A stretch of DNA of 64,000 nt from Monocercomonoides exilis PA203 (Eukaryota; Protista; Preaxostyla), in contig LSRY02000025.1 in assembly GCA_001643675.2 (NCBI GenBank), positions 310,001 through 374,000 on the forward strand, written 5' to 3'. The number at the start of each line of letters is the position of its first letter. The stretch's first letter is position 1. This document shows positions 1-11,605 of the stretch, piece after piece. The translations under genes and the position numbers were made by a program. Below the pieces are notes generated by a model, which searched no databases, was not told the DNA's origin, and worked only from the letters and a program-made list of their open reading frames with translations.

Positions 1-3000
1 TTCTTCTTTCTCTTCTTTCTCCTCTTCTTTCTCTTTTTCTCCTTCTTTCTCTTCCTTTTTATCTTCTTTCTCTTTCTCCTTCTCTTCCTTCTCCAAAGGC
101 ATCAATTTCTTCTTACTTGATGCTTCTTTCAACTTCTTCACTTGCTTCTCATAAATTCTTCGGATTTCTTCATCTTCTTCATTCAATTTCATCATTTTGC
201 TCTCAATTTTCTCGTTTTCTCCTTCTTTCTCTTTCTCTTTCTCTTCTTTTTCTTTTTCTTCTTTTTCTCCCTTTTCTCCTTCTTTCGCTTCTTTTTCTCC
301 TTCTTTTTCTTTCTTCTCTTCTTTCTCTTCTTCTTCCTTTTCTTTCTCTTCTTTCACTTCCATTATTATTGGAATATATCCTTTCACTTCATCTTTTTCC
401 TCTTTTTCTTTCTCTTCTTTCTTTTCGTTTGCTTCATTCATCATTTGCTTTAATTCTTCATTCTCTTTCATCAAATTCTCTATTCTTAACTTCATTTCTT
501 CTTTCTCTTCATCTTTTTCCTTTTCCTTTTCCTTCTCTTTCTCTTTCTCTTCAATCATCATCTTCTTCAATTCTTCGTTCTCTTTCATTAAATTCTCTAT
601 TTTTCTTTCCTTCTCTTCTTTTTCTTCTTTCTCTTTCGTTTCTCTTTCTTCTCTTTCTCTTTCTCTTTCTCTTTCTCTTTCTCTTTCTCCTTCTTCTCTC
701 TCCTCTTCTTCTTTCTCTTCTTCCATCTTTCTTTTCAATTCTTCTAATTCTTTCTTCATCTTTTCATTTTCCTCTTTTAATTCTTTTATCATTTCTCTTT
801 CTCTTTCTCTTTCTCTTTCTCTTTCTCTTTCTCTTTCTCTTTCTTCTTCTTCTCTCTTCTCTTTCTCTTCAACTATCATTGGAATAATTTCTTTCTCTTC
901 TTTCTCTTCTTTCTCTTCTTTCTCTTCTTTCTCTTCTTTTTCTTCTTTCTCTTCTTTCTCTTCTTTTTCTTCTTTTTCTTCATTTTCTTCATTTTCTTCA
1001 TTTTTCTCTTCTTCTTTCTCTCCTTTTTCTCTTTCTTCTTTTTCCTTCTCCTTTTCTTCTTTCTCTTCCTCCTCTTTTTCCTTTTCCTTTTCTTTTTGTT
1101 CTTCTTTTTCCTCTTTCTCTTCCTTCTCTTCCTCTTTCTCTTCATCTTTCTCTTTCTTCTCTTTTTCTTTTTCTCTTTCTCTTTCTCTTTCTTCTTTCTC
1201 TTTCTCTCTCATTTTTCTTTCCTCTTCTAATTCTGCTCTTAAATTCATTATTTCTTGTTCATATTTCTTCGCAATTTCATTCTCTTCTTCCTTCTCTTTC
1301 TCTTCTTTGTCATTCTCTTCTTCTTCTTTTTCTTCAGTTTTCTCTTCTTCTTCCTTCTCTTCTTCCTTCTCTTCTTTTTCTTCTTTCTTTTCTTCTTCTT
1401 CTTCTCTTTTCTCTTTCTCTTCTTCTTCTTCGTTCTTTTCTTTTCCTTTTTCTTTCTCTTTCTCTTTCTCCTTTTCTTTCTCTTCAATAATCTTCTTTCT
1501 CAACTCTTCATTCTCTTTCATCAAATTTTCAATTCTTTTCTCTTTTTCTTCTTTTTCTCCTTCTCCTTCTCCTTCTCCTTCTCCTTCTTCTTTCTCTTCC
1601 TTCTCTTCCTTTTCCCCTTCCTTTCCTTCTTTCTCTTTCTCTTTCTCTTTCTCTTTCTCTTTCTCTTTCTCTTTCTCTTTCTCTTTCTCTTTCTCTTTCT
1701 CTTTCTCTTTCTCTTTCTCTTTCTCTTTCTCTTTCTCTTTCTCTTTCTCTTTCTCTTTCTCTTCATTCATTATTATTCTCAGCTCTTCATTCTCCTTCTT
1801 TAACTTCTTCATCTTCTCTTCCATTTCTTCTTTCTCTCTTTTTGCTCTTTCTGCTTTTTTCTTCGTTTCTTCTATCAAATTCTCATATTCTTTTAGTTTC
1901 TCTTCATTTATTGAAATATCTTCCTCTTCTTCTTCTTTCCTTTCTTCTTCTTCTTCTTCTTTCCTTTCTTTTTCTTCTTCTTCATCTTTCTTCTCTCCCT
2001 TCTCTTCTCGTTCTTCCTTTTCTTCTTCTTTCTCCTTCTCCTTCTCCTGCTCTTTCTCTTTCTCTTCTTCTTCTCCCTTTACTTCTTCTTTCTCTTCTTT
2101 CTCTTCATCTTTTTCCTTTTCTTCTTTCTCTTCATCTTTTTCCTTTTCTTCTTTCTTTTCTTCTTTCTCTTTCTCTTCTTCTTTCTCTTTTTTCTTTTCT
2201 TTCTCCTCCTCCTCTTCCTTCTCTTCTTTCACTTCAATTATAATTGGAATATTCTCTTTTTCTCTTTTCATCTTTTCTATTTCTTCTTTCAATCTTCGAA
2301 TTTCTTCTTCTTTCTCTTTCTCTCTCTCCTTCTCCTTCTCTTCCTCTTCCTCTTTTCCTTCTTTCTCTCTTTCTCTTTCTCTTTCTCTTTCTTCTTTCTC
2401 TCTCTCTCTCATTTTTCTTTCTTCTTCAAGTAGAATTCTCAACTTCAATATTTCTTGTTCATATTTCTTCATAACTTCTTCCTTTTCTTCTTCATTTTCT
2501 TTTCCTTCCTTCTTCTTCTCTTCTTTCTCTTTCTCCTTCTCCTTCTCCTTCTCTTCTTCAATCATCTTCTTCTTCAATTCTTCATTCTCCTTCATTAAAA
2601 TCTCTATTTTCTTTTCTTTCTCTTCTTCTCCTTCTTTTTCTCCTTCTTCTTTCTTTTCCTTTTCTTTTCCTTTCTCTTCTTCCTTTTCATTTGTTAAATT
2701 CATCATCATTCTCAAAACTTCGTTCTCTTTCAATAAATTCTCTATTCTTTTCTCTTTCTCTTCTTCATTTTCTTCTTCTTCTTCTTCCTTCTCTTTCTCT
2801 TCTTTCTCTTTCTCCTTTTCTTTCTCCTTCTCTTTCACTTCTTCAATCATAATCTTCCTTAAAACTTCGTTCTCTTTTAGAAGATTTTCAATTCTCAATT
2901 TCATTTCTTCCTTCTCTTCATCATCTTCTTTTTCTTCTTCTTTCTCTTCTTTTTCTTTCTTTTCTTCCCCTTCTTTCTCTTCCTTTTTCTCTTCTTCTTC

Positions 3001-6000
3001 CTCTTCCTTCTCTTCTTTCACTTCAATTATAATCGGAATATTCTCTTTTTCCCTTCTTAACTTTTCTATTTCTTCTTTCAGTCTTCGAATTTCTTCTTCT
3101 TTCTCCTCTTCCTTTTTATCTTCTTTCTCTTTCTCTTTCTCTTCAACAATCATTGGAATAATTTCTTTCTCTTCTTTTTCTTCATTTTTCTCCTCTTCTT
3201 TCTCCTCTTTCTCTTTTTCTTCCTTTTCTTCTTTTATTTCAATGATAATCGGAATAGTTTCTTCTTTCTCTTTCTTCTTTTTCTCTTCTTCAAGTTGCAT
3301 TCTCAAATTCTTTATTTCTTGTTCATATTTCTTCAAAAGTTCGCTTTCTTCTTTCTCCTTTTCTTTCTCTTCTTCTTCTTCTTTCCCCTCCTCTTCTTTC
3401 TCCTCCTTTTTATCTTCCTCTTTTTCTCCTTCTTCCTCTTCTTTCTCTTCTTTCACTTCAATTATTATTGGAATATTCTCTTTTTCTCTTCTCAACTTTT
3501 CTATTTCTTCTTTCAATCTTCGAATTTCTTCTTCTCTTTCTTTTTCTTTCTCCTTTTCTTTCTCTTCTTCTTTCTCTTTCTCTTTCACTTTCACTTCTTC
3601 AATCATGATCTTCCTTAAAACTTCGTTTTCTTTTAGCAAATTCTCTATTCTTAATTTCATTTCTTCTTTCTCTTCCTCTTCCTCTTCCTTCTCTTCTCCT
3701 TCTCTCTTTTCTTTCTCCTTTTCTTTCTCTTTCTCCTTCTCTTCTTCAATCATCTTCTTCTTCAATTCTTCGTTCTCCTTCATTAAAATCTCAATTCTTC
3801 TTTCTTTCTCTTCTTTCTCTTCTTTTCCTTTTTTCTCCTCTTTTTCTTCTTCTCCTTCTTCTTTCTCTTTCTCTTCTTCTTTCTCATTCGTCATATTCAT
3901 CATCATCCTTAACACCTCATTCTCTTTCAATAAATTCTCAATTCTTTTCTCTTTCTCCTCCTCCTCCTCCTCTTTTTCTTCTTCCTTCTCTTTCTTCTCT
4001 TCCTTTTCTTCTTCTTTCTCCTTCTCCTTCTCCTTCTCTTTCCCCCTTTCACTTTCTTCTATCATGATTTTCCTCAACACTTCGTTTTCTTTCAATAGAT
4101 TTTCTATTCTTTTTTCCATTTCTTCTCTCATTCTTCGATTCTCTTCTTCTCGTTCTTCTTTTTCTTTTTCTTTTTCTTTTTCTTTCTTTTCTTCTTTCTC
4201 CTCTTTCTCTTTCTCTTTCTCTTTCTCTTCATCTTTCTCCTTCTCTTCTTCTTCTTTCTCTTCTTTCACTTCAATAATTATTGGAATATTCTCTTTTTCT
4301 CTTCTTAATTTTTCTATTTCTTCTTTCAATCTTCGAATTTCTTCTTCTCTTCCTTCCTTTTTATCTTCTTTCTCCTTCTCTTTCTCTTCAATCATCTTCT
4401 TCCTCAATTCTTCATTCTGCTTCAATAAATCTTCAATTCTTTTCTCTTTCTCTTTCTCTTTCTCTCCTTCTTTCTCTTCTTTCCCTTCTTTCTCTTCTTT
4501 CCCTTCTTTCTCATCTTTCTCATTCGTAACATTCATCATAATTCTTAATACCTCGTTTTCTTTCAATAGATTCTCTATTCTTTTCTCCTTTTCTTTCTCT
4601 TCTTTCTCGTTCGCTTCTTCCATCAGATTTCTTAACACATCGTTCTCTTTTATCAAGTTTTCTATTCTCTTTTTCATCTCTTCTTTCTCTTCGTCTCTTT
4701 CCTTCTCCTCTTCTTCTTCTACAATAACAGCTTCAAATTCATTATCTCTTGAATATTCTTCTTTCTCCTTCTTCTCATCTTCCTCTTCTTTCTCCTTCTC
4801 TTCCTTCTCCAATGGCATAAATTTCTTCTTGCTTGATGCTTCTTTCAACTTCTTCACTTGCTTCTCATAAATCCTCCGGATTTCTTCGTCTTCTTCGTTC
4901 AATTTCATCATTTTGCTCTCAATTTTCTCGTTTTCTCCTTCTTTCTCCTTCTCCTCTTCTTTCTCTTCTTTCTCTTCTTTCACTTCAATTATAATTGGAA
5001 TATTCTCTTTTTCCCTTCTCAATCTTTCTATTTCTTCTTTCAATCTTCGAATTTCTTCTTCTTTTTCCTTCTCTTTCTCTTTCTCCCTTTCTCTCTCTTT
5101 CTTTTCCTTCTCCTCAATTTTTTCTTTCTCTTTCTCTTCAATCATTCTTTGCCTCAATTCTTCATTCTCTTTCAAAAGATTCTCTATTTTCTTTTCCTTT
5201 TCTTCTCCTTTCTCATCCTTCTCTTCTTTTTCATCTGAAACATTCATCATAATTCTTAATACCTCATTCTCTTTCAGCAAATTCTCTATTCTTTTCTCTT
5301 TCTCCTTCTCTTCTTTCTCATTCGCTTCTTCCATCAGATTTCTCAACACATCATTTTCCTTTAGGAGGTTTTCAATTCTTTTTGCCATTTCTTCTTTCTC
5401 TTCATCTTTCTCTTTCTCTTTCTCTTTCTCAATCTTTTCTTTCTCCTTCTCTTCAATCATTTTCTTTCTCAGCTCTTCATTTTGTTTCAAAAGATCTTCA
5501 ATTCTTTTCTCTTTCTCTTTAACCTCTTCCTTTCCTTCTTCTTTCTCATTCGTAACATTCATCATCATCCTTAGCACTTCATTTTCTTTCAGCAAATTTT
5601 CCATTCTTTTCTCTTTCTCTTTCTCTTCTTTCTCATTCGCTTCTTCCATCAGATTTCTTAACACATCGTTCTCTTTTAACAAATTTTCTATTCTCTTTTC
5701 CATCTCTTCTTTCTCTTCGTCTCTTTCCTTCTCCTTCTCTTTCCCTTTCACTTCTTCGTCATCCATCAAACTTCTTAGCACTTCATTCTCTTTCAACAAA
5801 TTCTCTATTTTTTTCTCTTTCTCTTCACTTTCTTCAATCTCTTTCTCTTCTCTTTCTCTTTCTTCCCTCTCTCTTTCCTCTTTCTCTCTCTCAATTTCCT
5901 TCTCCCTCTTCTCCCTCTCTGCCTCCATCTCCCCCACTTTCTCCTTCAGCTCCTCGTTCTCCTTCGATAGCGACTCATACATCGCACTAAACTTCGCTTC

Positions 6001-6964
6001 GATGCTCGAAAACATTTTCTTTTTCTCATCGTTTTTCTTCTGGCTGTCCATCTGCTTCCTCATCTTCTCTGCTTCTCTCTCAAACTCTGCCTTTTCCCTT
6101 CTGAACTGCTCTTTCTCTGCCTCCAGCGCTGCCAGCTTCTGCTCTGCCTCTTCTTTCTCCCGCACAATCTCCCTCTTCCGCTCTTTCTTGTCCGCCAGCC
6201 GCTGCTCATACTGCTTCAGCTGCAGTTCCAGTGAGTTTGCTCTCTCCTTCTCTTCCTCGGCTGCTCCGGTTGCTTCCTCCATCTCCTTCTTCTGCGCTGC
6301 TTCTCTGTCCTTCATTTCCTCCAGCTCATCCAGCAGCGCATCTTTCTCCTCTGCCCACGCCTCTTTCTGTCTCTCAATCTCTTTCGCTTTCTCCGCCAGC
6401 TTCTTGTTATTCTCCTCAGAAAGCCTGCTAAGCTGCTCTTCCATTTCTCCAAGTTTTGCCTCAAACATTTCTGTTCGTTCATTTATTTCCTTCAGCTCTT
6501 CCTCTTTTGATGCCAGCTGCGTATGTGCTTTGTTTAATTGAGCTTTTAAGACAGTGACTTGTTCGCGCAGCACATTGGGCTAAATAGATGCGGAAATTGA
6601 TAAATAATGAAATAGAAATTCGAGTAAAATGTTATAAATTTTATTTTTATTTTTTGAATGAATATTTGAGAATATTTAAAAAAGCATATATCAAATTTTA
6701 ATTGCAAAAATAATGAAAATGACAGAACAAATTTTGTAAGAAAAGAACAACGATAATTCATACATCTGTAGACGTTGCAATAATTGAGCTTTTATTGTGC
6801 TCATGCGCATTTGCATCATCATAGTTATCGCTTTTCGAATGAGCATTTATTTCTGTTTTCTTGCTATTCGATCCTCCTTTATGAATGCCTGAGACAACGG
6901 AGCGTTCTGCTTCCCCTTCCAATAAAGCATCAGCCTCTGGTTGAACGATGTTTTCCTGTTGCAT
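1..6964 (-). CDS. Giant E/K-rich modular coiled-coil protein (3' end outside window; about 2260 aa within the window)
   Basis: Exon 1 6964-6764 (MQQENIVQ...STD), phase-0 intron 6763-6580 (GTATGA..TTTAG), exon 2 from 6579 (PNVLREQVTVLKAQLNKAHTQLASKEEELKE...). The same frame reads ...EIRRIYEKQVKKLKEASSKKKLMPLEKEE at the window edge; frame checked at both ends, not at every codon. The ORF track omits it because no stop lies in the window. Confidence 0.85.
1630..1762. repeat. (TTCTCT)n hexamer microsatellite encoding poly-(EK)
   Basis: About 20 consecutive units visible; read as GAG AAA on the coding strand. Confidence 0.9.
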
Positions 6965-7941
6965 AATGCAATTATGGTTAAATAAAATTATTATTGTTTT
7001 GAATATTCAAAATTTTTGAAAGTTGCTTGTTGTATATAAAAAATCAAAATCAAATTTTCATTGAAATAATCATTTGAATGAAATCGAGTTTTATTTCTGA
7101 ATTTGTTTAATATTATTTCCAATTTTCTGCAAAACATAAATGGTGGAAATGAAATGATTGCATATTCACCATGTTTTTATCGATAATTTCAAAGTCGTTG
7201 AAATTATTTCAATTTGGGGCATAATTCTTTCATTTATGAAAAAAACAACAATTTGTTCCAAACTATTTCCTCAACCTTATAATGAGAAATCTTTCATTCT
7301 CACATCAAAAACACATAGGAAATTTTTCAAACATTTCAAAATTTTTTTAATGTGCAGAATGGAACAAAATTCATAAAGCAAAAAATTTAGTCCCATTTTT
7401 AATTAACCACAAAAAATGTTAAGGTTATCTTTTCTTTTCTTTTCTTTTCTTTTCTTTTCTTTTCTTTTTCTTTTTCTTTTTCTTTTTTTTGTCAATTAAC
7501 ATTTCTTCTTTCTGCTAATAATTAAAATATTTCTTTATCTTATTATTCATCGAATTGTGTTATAAGAAATAATAATCTTTCGTATTTATTAAAAAAGAAG
7601 TACATTTAGAAATTATATCTTTTTTCATATATTCTTCGTAATAAACACGAACTTGAAATCGACTTTTTTTCGAAAATAATCTTATGAAAATAAGTTTTGC
7701 AAAACTGGAAAATGAACTTTTAAAAAATATTTCTCATTTGACGTGTTATTTATTTCAAAAAAAAAAAAATGAATAAAAAACTGTTTCAATTCAATTTAAA
7801 AATTTTCAGAAAATTCTTTTAATCGATTTGACAAAAATCGCCTTCAAACAAATTGCAGCAATAAAATTTCCAATATTCAATAATTAGCATTGTGGTCAAA
7901 TTTGATAGATTTGTTTCAAAAATCATGGAAAAATATGTGGC

Positions 7942-8140
7942 TGATACTTTTTGAAATCAAACATTCGTTCGAGTTTTGATCGAAAATATTACCACAATGA
8001 AATTTTGAAACATTATTCTTTAACTGATAATACATATTTTTCATGATGTTATTATGAAGAAACTAATTTTACAAAAAATCCCATTGAGATTAAATTTTTG
8101 ATCAAAACTCGAACGAAAACATGATTTAAAAAAAGGATCA
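7942..8140. mobile_element. MITE-like foldback (~45-bp imperfect inverted repeats)
   Basis: TTCGTTCGAGTTTTGATC near 7964 is mirrored by GATCAAAACTCGAACGAA near 8100; outer arms resemble the TGAT..TTTTTGAAATCA MITE terminus. Confidence 0.65.
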
Positions 8141-8177
8141 ACTATGCCTCTGTGACGTGACAAGTTATGAAAACATA

Positions 8178-8419
8178 TGGGTAATTCTTTTTGAAAAGAC
8201 GCAAATGTTTAATTTTCAAGAAAATCAAAAATTTCATATTTTGCTCATATTTAAGTGAACATACTCCAAACTTCACTTATGTTGTATCTATTTCTGAATT
8301 ATGCCATTTCACTCGTTCCAAAGAAGATTCGTGAGTGGAAACAGAAATTTGAGCAAAATGTGAAAATTTTGATTTATTTGAAAATAAAACGTTTGCGACT
8401 TTTCAAAAAGAATAACCCA
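8178..8419. mobile_element. MITE with ~80-bp inverted repeats (TGGGT..ACCCA ends)
   Basis: TGGGTAATTCTTTTTGAAAAGACGCAAATGTTT... pairs with ...AAACGTTTGCGACTTTTCAAAAAGAATAACCCA; TA on both flanks; related to 28016-28242. Confidence 0.7.
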
Positions 8420-8463
8420 TATGTCTGTCACAAAAAAAAAAAATAAAAAATAAAATATATATA

Positions 8464-10015
8464 CACTGACAATCAAAAATAACTGATCCACTTACAAAAA
8501 TTGAAAATATGAAGCAACAGTAATGAAAGAAAAAAAATCACATTCAATTATTATTATTATCAAACACGTTAATGCTTTGCAATAGTGATAATTTTTTTTC
8601 TCTTTTCAAAAACAATAAAAAAAGAACGATTTTCCTGAAAATAGAAAAAATTATTTGTCAAAAATATGTGATCTGAATTTTCAAAAAAAAGTTAAATTTC
8701 AAAAATTAATGCCAATAACATAATAAAAATATATTAATAGTTGATTGATCCTCCTTCATTTAAAATAACTGTTTTAAGGCGTTTTTACATCGAATGAACA
8801 AGTTTATTTATTATATCCATTTCAATTTCATTCCAGGCATCCAAAATTGATTGTTTCAGCTCATTCACATTTTTCTTTGGTTTTCCATCTTTGAAAACTA
8901 TCCTAGATAAAATGCTCCACACATTTTCGATGATATTTAAATCTGGAGAATAAGGAGGCCATTCTACGCTGGTTATTGAAAAATCTTTGATAACATTTTG
9001 CACATTTAAAGATCGATGAATTGGTGAATTATCGTGGATAAATCTCCAATAATTTTTGAATCGCTTGCGTGCATAAGGAATTAATGAAAATTTCAAAATA
9101 CGACAATATTCCTCAGAATTCATTGTTTCACTGACAAAAACGATTGGTGATTTGAAATTAAAACCCACTGCAGCCCATATATTTATTTTTTCATGTTTAT
9201 TCTGACTTTGATGATCGAAAATTTCCTCATTATCTTTTTCAATCCATTCCATTCTTGTATTATCTGGTCCAAATAAATTGAATTTTTTTTCATCTGCGAA
9301 GATCGTAAGTTCCCATAATTCATCATCCCTTAAATGTTTTTCCGCAAATTCGTTTCTCTTCTCACAAGCATTCTTTGATAAATAAGGTTTGATTTTTCTC
9401 TTAGTATATTTTCTATTAATTAAGCGCAATAGTCGATGAGCAGTGGAATTGCTGCAATTCACACCAAGATAATCGGTTAGATCTCTGGCTCTTCGAATTT
9501 TCATGCATTTTGATTCTTTTTTAGCTTTTCTCAACAGAGCAGGCGTAAGAATAAGTGGCCTTCCGAGTTTGCGTCTGACAAGCCGTTTTGATTGAATATG
9601 GTTTGTTTTCAAGTACTTTTTTGCAGTATTGACTGAAATATTCAATATACGAGCAATTTCGTTTCTTCCTTTTCCTTGATCGCGCAGTATATGTATTTTC
9701 TTTTGAATCGAGCCCTTTGTAATTCTTGTCATTTTGTTTTGTTTGTGTATTATTTCTTTTTTTGTATTAATACTTTTATCATTCGCAAATTAACCTTTTT
9801 TTCCGGATCACATTTTTTTGAAAATAATTTCCTGCAAAATATAAAAATAAACGTTTTTTTATATTGATCAAGTCTTTTTTTATAAACAAAAACTGATAAA
9901 TCTTAAATGTCATTTTGTTATTTACTGATCGATATATTTTCGCTTTTGACTTATGCTTTATTTGTAAAAAAAATAAAGAAACTTCATCAGGATCACATTA
10001 TTCTGATGAGTAGTG
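8464..10015 (-). mobile_element. Tc1-family (DD34E) DNA transposon, 1552 bp
   Basis: TA|CACT...AGTG|TA ends inside a (TA)n tract; imperfect TIRs (CACTGACAATCAAAAATAACTGATCC vs CACTACTCATCAGAATAATGTGATCC); encloses a transposase ORF. Confidence 0.85.
8734..9732 (-). CDS. Tc1-like transposase with a premature TAA at 8787-8785, 16 codons before the natural end
   Basis: N-terminal HTH, GRP linker, FADEKKF, HDNSPIH, WPPYSPDLNIIENVW with 34 residues between the second D and the E. After the stop the frame continues KRLKTVILNEGGSINY* (8734), matching the usual Tc1 C-terminal motif. Confidence 0.9.
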
Positions 10016-10149
10016 TATATATATATATATATATATAATTAAATAAAAACAAAATAATACGAATGATAGTGAAATCTTTAAAAAGTATAACAAGGAGCTT
10101 AGGAAAAAATTTGTTGATAGCATCTGCAACATCTGGCTATTTTTTCTCT

Positions 10150-10184
10150 TTTGTCAGTGACAGTCAGTGACTGTCACTGACAAA
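10150..10184. repeat. Perfect 17-bp-arm palindrome with 1-nt spacer
   Basis: TTTGTCAGTGACAGTCA-G-TGACTGTCACTGACAAA. Confidence 0.9.
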
Positions 10185-10510
10185 TTGTGACAAAATAATT
10201 CCTCAACTAATATTTCCTGTCAAAAAATATATGTTGGGAACTTGAACGTTTTTAATTTGAAATTTGATTTTTTCAAAATAATCAGAATTGTTTTTTATAT
10301 ATTCACAAATTAATTATTGTAGTAATTAAAAATTGTGAAATCGTTATAAATGACCATTTTTGACAAATCACAAATATCTTGTCGGCCATTTTGTCTCTAT
10401 TTCAATTTTCTTTTGTCATGACACAGAGGTTAAGGATCAACCATGTGTTATTAGAAAAATAATCATATTTGTTTTGTCAAAAATTTCGGTTTGAATATTC
10501 ATTAAGAATA

Positions 10511-10768
10511 TGGGTGATAATTTTTGAAATCATATCTTTTTTCGGGGTGTTGATTTTTCAAAGATTGTCAGTTTTTCGAAAGAAATTTTTTTTCAAAAGA
10601 AAAGAAGCATGATAATTGTTTTAAATAACGAATGGTTATTCTAAATCAAAGATAAAAATGTATTCAATAAGCCTTTTTTCTTTTCGATTTTTGTTTATTG
10701 ATATTCAAGAAATATTTTTGTACCGAAATTTTTGAATGAAATAATATGACTTCAAAAATAATCACCCA
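10511..10768. mobile_element. ~257-bp MITE family A (TIR TGGGTGAT[A/T]ATTTTTGAAATCATA)
   Basis: TIR pair with TA flanks; its reverse complement aligns end to end with 57969-58224; an extra right-type terminus lies at 10927-10961. Confidence 0.8.
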
Positions 10769-11605
10769 TATTTATCAATGAACAATGAAAAGTTCAGAAT
10801 CTATTCCATGAAGCCTCTTCTATTTTTTCCAATCAAATAATAACTTTTGAAAGGATATTTATTCACTTTGAATTTGAATGAAAAATATTTAACAAATGAT
10901 AATGAATTTTCGTAATGATTAACAGACCGAAAAAAGATATGATTTTAAAAATAATCACCCAGGTGTTCATTTTTGAATTCACTCTGTGATAACAATTCCA
11001 GCTAGCCTAACAAGGATATTAAACGTTAGTTTTATGTTGTAACTGAGTTAAAAACTGCAAAAAATTAAAAAAAAAAAATCCTATAAGTGATTTATGTGCA
11101 AACAAATTTGGTAAGTGTAAGATTATTGAGATTGAATAATAAATAATGTTTTAAAAAAAGATGTTTAAGCTAAATGAAAGCCTTAAGAAACAAACAAAAA
11201 AAATATCCCACTATGCAAACAAAACAGAAATAAAATTCCTGATGAAAATGAATTTAAAAATTCAAACTCAAATTGTCTGAATTAGAACCATAAAAAGAGA
11301 ATTAAACAAGCATCGAGTATAGAAAATTCATAAAAATAAGATTTCTGAAAAAATATATTGTATAATTTTGGTTTCAAAAATCAATCAAATGCTGCAAAAT
11401 TTTTTCACACAAAGAATTTCAAAAACATCATTTTTTTCATTGTCAAAAATTAGACTTCAAAAAAATGAAAATTTCTGTATCTCTTTTCGCTTTATTATGC
11501 TTTTATTTTATTTTATTTTATTTTATTTTATTTTATTTTATTTATTTTTTAAAGATTTTTTCCCCTCTTTCAAATTAAATTCCTTCTCTATTTCTTTCAT
11601 AGAAT

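Noticed and set aside
197-6541. 1557-aa and 542-aa Ser/Phe-rich + strand ORFs
   Set aside because: Antisense shadows of the E/K-rich - strand gene; pyrimidine-only sequence rarely contains stop codons.
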